64,000 bases of DNA from Gracilinanus agilis (lineage: Eukaryota), in the NCBI RefSeq assembly GCF_016433145.1, contig NC_058132.1, positions 27,104,158-27,168,157 on the forward strand, written 5' to 3'. The position numbers and the translations under genes are program-made. This document shows positions 24,888 to 35,499 of this stretch, piece after piece (positions within the stretch are counted from its first letter, which is position 1; each line of letters starts with the position of its first letter). The notes under the pieces were generated by a model, which searched no databases, had not been told where the DNA came from, and saw only the letters and a list, made by a program, of their open reading frames with translations.

Positions 24888-27084
24888 GTAGGTTCTTAGG
24901 GAGAAGCTGGACTGGAAAGAGGACCAACCATCATCCAGATAGATAATTATTAAAGACAATTGCCAGTTTGGGGTGGAGAGTCCTGCCCGAGCCTATTTAG
25001 AAAGGGGGGGAGATGAGGGATAGGGGACAGACGATGACATCTACTTCCTGCTCAGGTGAAGGAGGACATGTCACTCATGCTGTGTTTATTCACATCAAGA
25101 AACGATTAGCATCCGTAAAGCCTGAACTAAGTTCCGTGGAAAGTAATGCCCAAGTGGGGTCAAAGTCCTCACCCTCAAGGCTGACAGTCTTCTGGGGGGG
25201 GTGATCCAACTGGACTCCAAAGTGGCATTTTAGGCCACGTCAGAAGAGAATGAGTATTGGGAGGAGAGCCAGGGAAGGGGCTAGTTTTTGACAGGGATGG
25301 ATCAGGGAAAGCTTCTTGGAGAAGGCAGCGATGACGAGTAGGTAGGATTTCACTGCTCTGTCCTAGAAAACGTGGTATTTGTGGTGGTTGCTTAGAAAGT
25401 GTCGAAACTAGATGGTCACCCCAAGACGTGAATGCTTACTTTGCCCGTGTTTGTTGCCCTCCCCCCACCCCACCACCCCACCACCCCCAGCTCCTCAGTG
25501 CCACTGCCCTACTTGATCTCAAGCTTTGTTTATGCTAGGTTGCTTTGTAGCCCTGACAGCAGCTGTCCTATTCCTCTTTTATGCTTAAGGATACAGCATC
25601 GGGAGCCTGGGGTGAGTGGTGCCCATCTATAACCTGGATGCCGGTTGTGAGACGAGCCATTTTTGTCATATGATGGGATGGAAATGCAATAAGGGTGCCC
25701 CCTACATATGGAGCCCCCTTGAGGACAGATCTCCCCTCAGCTAGCCTTAGGCCTGGGAGGATTGGTGAAGCGGCATCCAGTGCCCCAACAGACATGTAAT
25801 TCTGCAGTTGACATTTTCGTGTGACGGGATGGTATAGGCATATACTCTGATCCAACAGCATTTTGCAATAATGTTAATTTTAACTAAAACCCCACTTTGT
25901 AACACTTTTGAAAAATGCGATTGTCCCATTGTTTGGGGTCTCTCATCTGGTTGGTGATAAAGCTCCAGCTAGCACTTGAGCTTTTCCTCCCAGAGATCAG
26001 TGGTGTGAAACTCAAACAGAGGGAGCAATCTGATTCCGGACACTTGGGAACGTTGTGGCCTGTGTTCGATACCTCCGCCAAAGACTGCCTTCTTCCTTTG
26101 GTACTAACTGCCCCCTGCAGTGTTGTTTAACCTACTATCATGAATTTCTGGAAGTTACTAATAATAACAAGAAGAACTCACACTGGCACAGTGCTTTATG
26201 GTTTACAGAACACTACCTTTGGGATTGTAGGGCCAATATTCTTGGCTCTGTTTTACAGATGAAGAAGTTAAGCCTGAGAAGAGCGGATAGGTAATTTACC
26301 CAGGCTAGTATCAGCCACCAGAATTTGAATTCATGCCTCTCCTGACTTCCAAGTATGGTATTCTTACACTGTGCAGAATTACCTTTCAGTGTTGGGTGGG
26401 ATAAGTCTGTATTGAGTCTCAGTTAGTTTTCATTGTCAGTTGATTAGAGATCTACAGTGATACAACCCTCTTTCTGGACCCGTTTCCACAAAGTTATTAT
26501 TGTATGACTGTTAGCCTTTCTTGCATCAGGATTTTGCAAGGATGGGCTCACCACAGTACCGTAAATTCCTTACATTGGGGTCTCCGGTACAGTCTTCAGG
26601 CAGAGAGTTTTCCCTGATATGTGCCTGTACATGAACTTAAGCTAATTGTTGTGCCAAGTATATCGCATTTTATTGGAGGCGTTAAACCTGCGGATTGATT
26701 TCTTCAGGAGGCAGAAGATTTATTTAATCCCTGCCTCAGTATGGGAGAGCCGCCGGCCGCCATATTGAAAAAGTTCTTCCCTGTACCTCCCATTAGGTAC
26801 TAGGGGAAAGGCCAGTATGTGAATCATTCAGGTTGTGCTTGGGGGGAGCAGGGCAGGGATTTGCAAGTTATGAAATGGACTTCTGGCTAGAGGAGACCTT
26901 CCTGGAACTCATCTCCACCTCTAGCTTAAGAAGTCTGAGGTCATCTTAGACGGGTGTGTTACTTCTGGAAAGGACATTTTGGGCTCCTCAGACCTTGGGT
27001 GGGAATTATTGGGAACCTGCTTATCTCCTAAAGCATTATCTTTATGATCCCAGCTTCGCTTAAACAGAAATGTTTTTGTTTCAG

Positions 27085-27138
27085 CTCCCAAAAAGCAAGA
27101 CTCAGAAGTATTTCCTGGCAATGATTTCAACTACGAAG
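27085..27138 (+). CDS. SPINT2: SPINT2 exon 4 (APKKQDSEVFPGNDFNYE)
   Basis: 54 bp, tttcag/gtaac, phase 1/1; matches human APRRQDSEDHSSDMFNYE. Confidence 0.93.
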
Positions 27139-27180
27139 GTAACTTTTAGGATTAAACACGTAGTGAATTTTCATCTAGGT

Positions 27181-27352
27181 CAGGGGTTCCCAAACTTTTT
27201 TGGCCTACTGCCCCCTTTCCAGAAAAAATATGACTTAGCGCCCCCTGTCACATACTATCACCGCCCCCTTACAGTTATTCACAGCCCCCAAATGCACCTG
27301 TGGCCATCACCGCCCCCCTGGATCACTGCAGCACCCACTTTAGGAATCACTG
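27181..27352. mobile_element. hAT-superfamily MITE, 172 bp
   Basis: Imperfect TIR (11/15) CAGGGGTTCCCAAAC ... CTTTAGGAATCACTG; 8-bp TSD ATCTAGGT / ATCTAGAT. Confidence 0.82.
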
Positions 27353-27800
27353 ATCTAGATGGTTCTCAATGTCTAAATTGGATGCCAGTGAGGGCTTCAC
27401 CTGCGCTGAGGTCCACAAATGGTCCATTTACCTTAAGTGAGAACCGACTGCTTGAATGGGGATTGAGACATAACAGGATGTCCACAGATTTAATGTATAC
27501 ATCAAAAAAATGTGTTGAATGCCTTCACTGGAGTTCATTGTGAGGCCCTTTTGTCAAGGAATATAACTGTGTCTAATGAAAAGCTCTCTGTGGGCAAAGG
27601 GGGGGAGGGGTGTGTGGATCTTGACCACAGACACCATTCCTAGTAGATTTTCTTCATAATCTTGTGGTTATCAAAATGGGATTTGAGAGGCAGCCTGACT
27701 AGATCTGACTTTCCCAGGAGAGATTCCTGTATTTCTCAGGAATTTGGGGCATCGCTTGCAAAGCCTAAACCAATCGAGGATTTCTGTTGGGTGTTCCCAG

Positions 27801-27962
27801 ACTACTGTGCAGCCAAAGCAGTCACTGGTCCCTGCCGGGCAGCCTTCCAACGATGGTTCTTTGATGTTGAGAAGAATACCTGTGCCCATTTCATCTATGG
27901 AGGATGTCGAGGCAATAAAAACAGCTACCTGACCCAAGAGGACTGCATGTCAAAATGTTTCG
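27801..27962 (+). CDS. SPINT2: SPINT2 exon 5, Kunitz domain 2
   Basis: 162 bp, cccag/gtgag; [54 protein letters not shown] has 6 Cys, P1 Arg and the FIYGGC tyrosine equivalent to human Y163. Confidence 0.98.
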
Positions 27963-28313
27963 GTGAGTGGAAGATTCAGACAAGGGATTCCTTTGCATGT
28001 GAGAGCTTGAGGATTAAGCTTAGAGGCTGCTGCTTTCTATCGCTGGAGGGTAGAAGGGATGGATTGGCTCTGGGGACAAAAGGGGGCCCCGGCAGTTTGG
28101 GGGGGGGGCACAGTCTGGGTGATGGGCCCCTGATGCCTTCTGGAGACTTGGGAAATTCAGTGGAGAGGCCCCTCCCTTTGCTGCTCCAGATTACTGAGCC
28201 TTTTCCAGCGGCAGATGCTCAGGGACACATTGGAGAAAAGCTGGGCAGCTCCCAGCACTCACTGGGTTTTCTCTTGCATGTGATTTCTCAGCCTCTCTTT
28301 GTTCCTCCTTCAG

Positions 28314-28364
28314 GCAAGCGCACCTACAACTCATCTCACCCTGTCATGCCCCACTCCACCAAAG
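28314..28364 (+). CDS. SPINT2: SPINT2 exon 6 (stalk [17 protein letters not shown])
   Basis: 51 bp, long pyrimidine tract ending cttcag, gtaagt donor, phase 1/1; positionally equivalent to human RQQENPPLPLGSK. Confidence 0.85.
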
Positions 28365-29582
28365 GTAAGTGTCCTGATTGCATTCGGGAAAGTTGGCTCT
28401 CCCCTCGGCAGAGGCTCTTCTGTGCTCTGGGTCACTCATGGGTGGGAAACTCGGAGGCCTCCACTCCCGTTTCCAGTCTCCTTCCCCACTAATACAGTAG
28501 ACCCCGAGAGCACTTGCTTTTATTCTTTCTTCCTTCATGAAAGGGGCAGGTCAGCCCAGAGCCTAGATGAATTTTGTTAGTGAGCACCCCCAAGGCAGTA
28601 GGTCTGCCATTGAATGAATGGATGGAAAGACCTTCAGGGGCTTTGAGAAGGTGGGGGGGGGGGGGGGGCGCCTGCAAAGAAGAGGCAGCCAGCTGGGATC
28701 CTGAGCAGGAAAGCCCCCACTCTGAAGGGGTCTGTGTCTGAGGGGAGGGGAAAGGGCTGACTGGGCCTTCAGTGGGACATCAGTGGCTGGACTCTTGGAC
28801 CTGGCTCTTTCTCAATTTGAGATGTTCACACAAGCCAGTGACAGCTGCTGGGCCAGCAGGCACACAGGAGGCAGCTCCTAATTGATTAGAGTTAAAGCCT
28901 CATTAAGTTTGAGGTAGGAGCCCCTGCCGGGAGGCCATAATACCCTGCAAGGCTGTTTAGCAGATGGCCCTGCCAGGCCACATTCCACAGGAGCAGTGCC
29001 AGCTGGAGGTCATCCTTCTCCCTGGCTAGTGTGCTGGCTGCCCAGTACTCACTGCTCACTTTCTGGGGCCAGTTCAGTACAGGAGGGGTCCTTCCCAGCG
29101 CCATACAGGGTTTTGATGCCCCCTTTCTGCCTTGATTCCCTGCCAGCCTGGCAGTTACCCCTTCTTTTGTTCTGTCACCAAGTCTGTGGCCATGTGCTCC
29201 CCTGTAGCCCCAGTTCCTGGTTAGGTGCCTTTGCAGTTGAGGGACTTTGGCCCTGGAAGCTTGTGGGGAGACTTGAGGCTCCCTTGGGGAAGGATCTCGG
29301 AAAGACACTGAGAACCGTGGGCATGGACTGTGCTTGTGATTAGAAGGCACAGTTAGTGCCTCCTCTTTTCCAGTCCTGCTAGGAAAGTATAGACCCTTAG
29401 AAAGGGTGTTCCCCAGTGTTGGGTAATGAGAATAGAGACAGGAGGGCCCTGCAGCCTCTGGGCTTATAAGCACTGCACCTGTCTGGCTTCTGTGGCTGTA
29501 GGGGAGCAACAGCCCAAGAGGGTTTGTGCCTCAGGAGTTACCCTTTCTGGATCCTTTTGCCTAGAACCTCTCTTATCCCCAG

Positions 29583-29749
29583 CCGTGGCCTTGGCGGTGC
29601 TGCTGGCAGTGATGGCGGCCGTCCTCCTGGGAGCCATGGTGGTCATCTTTATCAAGATGGCCCGGAAGAACCAGGCAAGCGCGTTGAGCACGGTGTGGAG
29701 CCCTATCGATGACAAGGAGTACCTGGTGAAGAGTGCCTACACCATCTGA
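29583..29749 (+). CDS. SPINT2: SPINT2 exon 7 (transmembrane helix and cytoplasmic tail, to stop)
   Basis: AVALAVLLAVMAAVLLGAMVVIFIKMARKNQASALSTVWSPIDDKEYLVKSAYTI*; matches the human TVWSSGDDKEQLVKNTYVL tail; total CDS 795 nt = 264 aa + stop. Confidence 0.96.
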
Positions 29750-30145
29750 GGAGGCTGGGGAGCCCCATCCTGTGAGCAGTGGCAGCAGCATCCCTTGGCT
29801 TCCGTCTTTTCTATGCAAGCTGCAACAAGGGCTCAAAATCTCCTGATGAAGTGTAAATATGAGAAATCGTTGGGTGCGGGGAAGAAGGGAAAGCAAATTG
29901 TAGAAAGGCTGCGTGTTGGGTTTTTTTGTTTCCTCTTTAGTTTTTTAAGTGCGATTGATTTGTGTATGACCTATTTTTTATTCCAAGAGGCAAGCGAAGC
30001 ACGCTTCTGAGTTTTGTTTGTTTAGGGGGGAGGGGGGCGGTCGGGAAGTGGGGCATTTTGGTTCAGAAATATTTCTAAAGAAACCAAAGCACGGATTTTT
30101 ATTTTAGGATTCTGAAAGGGGGTAGAGGAAGAAATGTGAAAGATG

Positions 30146-30151
30146 AATAAA
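30146..30151 (+). terminator. Probable SPINT2 polyadenylation signal AATAAA
   Basis: First AATAAA after the stop, about 400 nt downstream, following a U-rich 3' UTR. Confidence 0.65.
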
Positions 30152-32634
30152 AGTGCCTTCTCTTTGAAAATCCATCTCAGCTGATGCCACCTTTCTTGAA
30201 CACACCTCGGGAACAAAGCCCTTTTGTGTCCGTCCCTTCTGCCCGTTGCCACCTCACCACACAGCGCAGGGGTACTCCATACAGGGAGGCGGCCGGGGAG
30301 AGTAGCTAGCTTACATTTCGGCGGTTTTGTGGCTATTGGGGCAGAGATTATCCCTTTTTTATGGCAGAGGAAACAGGAAATTGAGATGCAGCCTGGCTAA
30401 CAGGGACAGGCCGGCCTGAGACAGGCTGCCTGACTTCCCTGCCCTTTGGTGCTCTTTCCACTTCAGGAAAAAGTATGGCTAGAGCGCATGTGAGAGTTCC
30501 CAATGCTAACCTTTCTCCTCTGAGCACTGGCACTTTGGACCAGAGGCCAAAAGGGAACGAGCAAAGAATGATTCAAAGGTAGCCAAGTGTTGTCTTGGTC
30601 AAAGCCACTGTGACTGATGAGTGCGGCTCCATTTCCCTGGCCAGGAGAGGCTCATCTGCTCCGTCATCTTGGCCTTCGAGATGAGGTGCCGAGGCTCTCG
30701 CCCAGGAAGCCAGGCTTGGAGCTGGCACTCAGCCCAGGTTAGGCTGCATCAGGCTTGGGATTCACCTCAAACAAAAGCCCTTCAATTGTTGAGAGCCCTC
30801 GTGCCATGGCCTGCATGGGGGCCTTTTCTCTGGGGCACGACCCCCAAAGTCCTGCCTGCCCCTGGCCTTCGGGCTGACCCTGCTGCTCGCTGGGTGTTCA
30901 TTTCCTGCTTCCTTCTGGGCACTTGCTTTGTTCTCCCTCCTCCCTCCCCAGAACAGGTTTGACCTGATAGCAACATCTGAGCAAACCACAAGATCTGCAA
31001 ATCTTGGGGCCGCCACCCCGAGGCTCAATGACTCAGTCCTGTAAGGAGCAGCTTGTGGGAAGGCAGAGCAAGGAGGGGGTGTTGGGGAAAGCCAAGCCGG
31101 CCCTCTGGGGTCCCCCGTGGACGTCTTCCTGTATCAGTTGGACCTCTAGAAGAGTAGAAGGAGTAGAGCTGGAGGCAGAAGGCCCAACTCCACAGGCACT
31201 TGGGACTGTATCATCTTGTTTGAGTCACTGGCCTGGGCCTCGTTTTCCTCACTTGGAAAAGAGAATCCTTGCACTACCTGCTTCACCGGCCTATTAGGAG
31301 ATGGAAGGAGATAGGCAGCAGCATGAGGAAAGCCCCAGGCTCTGAGTCAGGTCCTTTCCGGATCCCAGCTCTGCCTGACCCTTAACTTCACCTAGAAACT
31401 GGGGTTGGCCTCTGATCTCCAGGGTCCCTCTCAGGACCCCCAGCCATGACCATTGTACTAGGAACAGAAGCCACACAGAGTGAACTTGTGTGGCCCCGTT
31501 CCATGCTGAATCAAGTGAAGGGCTAGAAACCTAGCAGGGGAGGGGGAGCAAGACAGGCCCCTTCCCCACCCTTCCCCTCCCCTCCTAAGGGCAGGAATAA
31601 GGCTCTGTCCCAGGCCCAGATGTTTATAACATGGAGTCTCAGAGCCCAGGGTGCTACCAGCCCTGAGGCGCAACCCTGTGTACGATGCCTCTGCCCCCTG
31701 CACAGCCTGCTCTGGCTAGACCTGGAAAGCCTTGCGCTCCAGGGCCCAACTTTCCATCACGTGTGGGTCTCCCTCAGCAGCACTTGCTGAATCTAAAGAG
31801 GCTGCCCTGCCCCTAGGCCAGAGGTCCCCGGGGGCACCCGTTGGCCCTACCAGGAAGAAAGGGCGCCTCGTCTCCACCCATCTCTTCTTCCTCCTCCAGT
31901 GCCACCTCGTGGTGGTATGGAAGTGAGGACTGCAAGGTTCACAGCCACCATTTCCCAAGCTGCTCCTGGGAGCGGGGCACAGTGCTTGGCACCAATACCC
32001 CGGGGAATGCGGCTCCTATTTCCCTCTTCTGGGCAGAGGGAGTCGGTACAGGGTGCTGGTGCAGAAGCCTGAGCCTTCTAGCCCTTTGAGAGAAGCCTCC
32101 CACTCGCAATGCCACCCAGTCGCCATTCTTGCTTAGGCCAGGGAGGGGCTTCCTCCACTCACACCGTCCTGGCCCAGGATATCCCGAGACTGCGTTTGGG
32201 GGGACTCCTCGGGTGCCTGAGCTCAGCTGCCCCAGGGGTAGGACCTTAGTCTTGACGTTAATGTCCTTCCCCTTGACCTGGGACCCTCACTGCAGAAGCT
32301 TCGGTGTTTGCGGGCCGAGGCTCCCATGCAGGAGCCCAGCCGCGTGGCCCTTGGGGGGACACCCAGGGAGCTCTGACTCCAGTATCAGGGTACAAGGGCA
32401 GGGCCCGGGTGGGGGGGGGGAGGCAGCTGTGCAGGCTGGGGCTCCAGCGTCCATGGACTTTCCAGAGTCCGAGGTCCAGCCTGGCAGGGTGTCATAAGTC
32501 TACTCTCCCTCCCTTGGCCCAAGGGAAGTGGGAGCAGGACCCCAGGGGGAGGCCCTGCCCGTCGGCACTACGCTTAGGGGGGCGTATCCAGTTAGGTGGG
32601 CCCAAGGCCTGGGTTCTGGCCCCATTCTGCAGTG

Positions 32635-32940
32635 CTTTAACCTTCAACAGCTTAGTTATGACTAAACAGAAGGGCAAAGGCTAAGCAATGGGGGCTAAAT
32701 GACTTGATTCTAGTCACACAGCCAAGTGTCTGAATCCAAATTTGAACCCAGGACCTCTGATCTAGGCTTGGCCATCCACCTGCATTTTCCCCCAAAACAC
32801 TTAACCTTCCACCTTAGAATGGATATGAAGCCCAGGTTCCAAGGCAGAAAAGTGCTAGGGCTAGGCAATGGGGGTGAAGTGACTTGCCCAGGGTCACAGT
32901 GTCAGGCCAGACTACAACCCAAGACCTGTCTCTGGGCTTG
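32635..32940 (-). mobile_element. Two tandem decayed SINE copies upstream of C19orf33
   Basis: Two successive reverse-orientation cores (gctaagcaatggggg...gacttg; ctaggcaatgggggtgaagtgacttgcccagggtcac). Confidence 0.7.
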
Positions 32941-33392
32941 GCCCTACTGAGTCGGCCAGCTGTCCTGGGAAGTTGGGGTATTTTTCAGCAGGGCCACCCC
33001 ATTTTCCATGCCCTGCCTGACTTCCCCCACCCTGGGCCATCTTTGAAGTCTGCCCCATTGAAAAGTTCAGGAAGCAGCAGCAGATGGAGTTGCCCCCGGA
33101 GAACAGCGGGTGGGAGGCAGGATGGGCACGAGATGGCACAGGGAGCCCACTCCTGGGGTCCAACAGGAAGGGAACCCGAGGCCCAGGCCCACAGGGCCAA
33201 GCTGGGAGCCTCAGTTTCTCTCCCAGGACTTGCACCTCCTCCCGGGGGTTAGACCCACCCGTTAGGCGTTTGGCCCCTCCCGGCCAGGCCGGAGCCCATT
33301 GGGCAGCAGCAGGGACTGCAGCCGGAGGCCCCTCCCCGTGTCCCAAGTTCGGCTCCCTGTCCCTTCCTGTCCAGACACACCCTTGGCCAGCC

Positions 33393-33414
33393 ATGGACTT
33401 GGATCTCTCTGCAG
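33393..33414 (+). CDS. C19orf33: C19orf33/IMUP/H2RSP exon 1 (MDLDLSA)
   Basis: Kozak gccATGG, 22-bp coding exon with G|gtacgt donor; resembles human MEFDLGA; syntenic position. Confidence 0.8.
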
Positions 33415-33694
33415 GTACGTGTCCTCCCCAGCAGGGCCAGGGGAAGGGTGGGGGGCAGAAGGGCCCCAGAGCTGGCTCAGCCCTTTCCTAACCTCTGAGC
33501 TGCCCCGGGGATCTGCCCTCTGGGCACAGGTTCGGTAGGAGCCCCTGCTGGCCCAAGGAGGCAGGCAGGGACTCCCTGCCCAGCCCACTCTGTGCCTAGG
33601 GCACACCCGGTGCCAGGAGGTGGCTGCCCTGGGCACACTCCATGGGCTAAGAGGGGGCGGCCAGGGCTGGGCACCCACAACTATCCCTGGGCAG

Positions 33695-33771
33695 CTCTAG
33701 GTGCGGATCCCAAGAAGACCGCGAAGGGCGGCCTCCCCAAGCCTGCGGAACATGGAGCCGGCAAAGCCAGG
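33695..33771 (+). CDS. C19orf33: C19orf33 exon 2 (ALGADPKKTAKGGLPKPAEHGAGKAR); an alternative in-frame acceptor starts at 33701
   Basis: gggcag acceptor (phase 1) and gtaagc donor (phase 0); frame is consistent with exons 1 and 3; similarity to human is weak. Confidence 0.68.
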
Positions 33772-33862
33772 GTAAGCCTAGCCGGGGAAGGCCTGGCCAA
33801 GGGGCGGCCGGGGTGGGGCAGGGAGGAATGCCAGGCCTCAGGGGCTTCTTTCTCGGGCACAG

Positions 33863-33940
33863 GCTGGCCACGCCACATCCTCAGACTCCAGCAGCAGCAG
33901 CAGCAGCAGCAGCTCTGACAACTCTGACACGGAAGGGAAG
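33863..33940 (+). CDS. C19orf33: C19orf33 exon 3 ([26 protein letters not shown])
   Basis: 78 bp, cacag/gtgag, phase 0/0; matches human [20 protein letters not shown]; the poly-Ser is encoded by (AGC)8. Confidence 0.88.
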
Positions 33941-34082
33941 GTGAGCTGGGTGTGGGTGCGAGGGAGGGCGCTGCCCCGGCCCCCCAGCTTGGCCACAGGT
34001 CCTTGGGGGGGGGGGGGTAGGGGGAGGTCAAGCCACCAGAGCCACCTTCCAGAGCTTCATTTCTCCCTCCATCCTGACCCAG

Positions 34083-34196
34083 CCGCCGGGGCACCAGAAG
34101 GAGAAAAAGCCTCAGAAAGTGAAGAAGCCCAAGGAGAAGAAGGAGAAGAAGAAGGAGAAGAAGGGGGGGGAGAAGGGGAAGAAGGGGCACCCTTAA
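34083..34196 (+). CDS. C19orf33: C19orf33 exon 4 (Lys-rich tail PPGHQKEKKPQKVKKPKEKKEKKKEKKGGEKGKKGHP*)
   Basis: Pyrimidine tract ending cccag, phase 0, TAA stop; resembles the human [22 protein letters not shown] basic tail. Confidence 0.88.
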   Translation, partial: PPGHQKEKKPQKVKKPKEKKEKKKEKKGGEKGKKGHP

Positions 34197-34202
34197 GAGA
34201 CC

Positions 34203-34208
34203 ATTAAA
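34203..34208 (+). terminator. Probable C19orf33 poly(A) signal ATTAAA
   Basis: Variant hexamer starting 7 nt after the stop codon. Confidence 0.55.
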
Positions 34209-34342
34209 CAGCCCCTGGACACCGAGGCCTGCTCGAGCCTGTGCTGGTCAGCTGGGGGAGGGGGGCTGTGCCCAGCCACCCAGGGCCCACCCACCCGGCC
34301 AATAAGAGGCGGGGCCACCCGGCCAGCAGCACCCCCAGGGGG

Positions 34343-34348
34343 TTTATT
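34343..34348 (-). terminator. Probable YIF1B poly(A) signal AATAAA
   Basis: TTTATT on the plus strand about 350 nt beyond the YIF1B stop. Confidence 0.65.
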
Positions 34349-34696
34349 TCTCCCAGTAACAGACGCCCATGGGCAGCCCCAGCTCGGAGCATGCTGTGCA
34401 GTTACAGATGTGGAAGCACCTCAGGGGACGGGGAAGGGGAGGAGATGGGGCGCAGGGCAGAGGGCTGGGACTCGGCCTCGAGTGTGACAGGCAGGGACTC
34501 GGAGATGAATCTCGGTGGGGAAGGAGGGCCGGTTCCAGTCAAAGGGCCGGGCGGTGCGGCTCAGTGCAGAGGGATGGCTGCCTCCTCCCAGCGGGGCTCC
34601 CCGCCTGCATCTTCATCTCTGGGGTCGGCGGGCCAGTCTTCTCCCATCCCTGCTCTGGGCCCTGAGCAGCGGGGGACGGGGGAGCCCGGGGGCCCC

Positions 34697-34852
34697 TCAT
34701 CTGACCAGGTGGAAGGTGAGCCAGTACATGAAGAGGGGCTGGGCCGCGGCGATGGCCATGGTGAGGTACATGCGCAGCTGGTTCCGCGCCCCCCGCACCA
34801 GGACGCCTTCGGCCGCCACTTCTGATAGGATTTTCAGTCGAAGGGTCCGGAT
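34697..34852 (-). CDS. YIF1B: YIF1B exon 8 ([12 protein letters not shown]...YWLTFHLVR*)
   Basis: cccag acceptor, phase 0, TGA stop; near-identical to the human C-terminus. Confidence 0.97.
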   Translation of the reverse strand: MRTLRLKILSEVAAEGVLVRGARNQLRMYLTMAIAAAQPLFMYWLTFHLVR

Positions 34853-34962
34853 CTGGGGACAGGCGAGAGGAGAGGAAGGGGCTGGAGCCCAGGGACATCC
34901 CTGGGCCCGCAGGGTGAGGGACCCCCCGCAGGGCCTCCAGTGACACCCTGAGCAGCACTCAC

Positions 34963-35056
34963 CATGAAGACGAAGATGGCCACGCAACACCAGCTGAGCA
35001 CCATGTAGTAGCCCGTCTTCCCGAAGAGCAGGCCCGTCACCACTCCACCAATCATC
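34963..35056 (-). CDS. YIF1B: YIF1B exon 7 ([31 protein letters not shown])
   Basis: 94 bp, AG/GT flanked, phase 2/0. Confidence 0.96.
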
Positions 35057-35174
35057 CTGGGGACAGAGCAGGTGTTCAGGGGGGCACCCGGGGCTGGGAG
35101 GGGGGCTTTCACTCCCTGAAGACGGCATGATGGCAGCTCACCCCCGGAGGGCCCAGGAACGGGGTCACACTCAC

Positions 35175-35330
35175 CCTACATACTTGTACCCTGAGAAGGC
35201 TAGCAGGTCGATGGTGGTGAGGTCAGTGTTGACGGTGACCAGGTAGAGGCTGAGCAGGATGGCCAGCACCTCCACCGTGAGCCAGGCCAGGGCCGAGCTG
35301 GCTTGCAGCCCCAGCAGGTCAGGGGAGAAC
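35175..35330 (-). CDS. YIF1B: YIF1B exon 6 ([16 protein letters not shown]...GYKYVG)
   Basis: 156 bp, AG/GT flanked, phase 2/2; Yif1-family transmembrane region. Confidence 0.97.
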
Positions 35331-35441
35331 CTGAGGGAAGGGGTGGCTGAGGGCCTGAACAGCCCACTCGCACCCTCCCTCCCTCCTCCTCCAAGGCCCA
35401 GCTCTCCCCTTCCCACCTCCCCGGGCCCGGCCTCCTCTCAC

Positions 35442-35499
35442 CTGTCCTGGGTCCCCAGGGCTAGGCCAGCAACCAGGATGTAGGTGATGAAAGCCATGG
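35442..35499 (-). CDS. YIF1B: YIF1B exon 5 ([20 protein letters not shown])
   Basis: 58 bp, cgcag/gtgag, phase 1/2. Confidence 0.95.

Noticed and set aside
27662-28492. 276-aa ORF containing a Kunitz domain
   Set aside because: Only 27801-27962 and 28314-28364 are SPINT2 exons; the rest is in-frame intron read-through.
28892-29509. 205-aa minus-strand ORF in SPINT2 intron 6
   Set aside because: No recognisable domain or exon structure; consistent with a chance ORF in GC-rich sequence.
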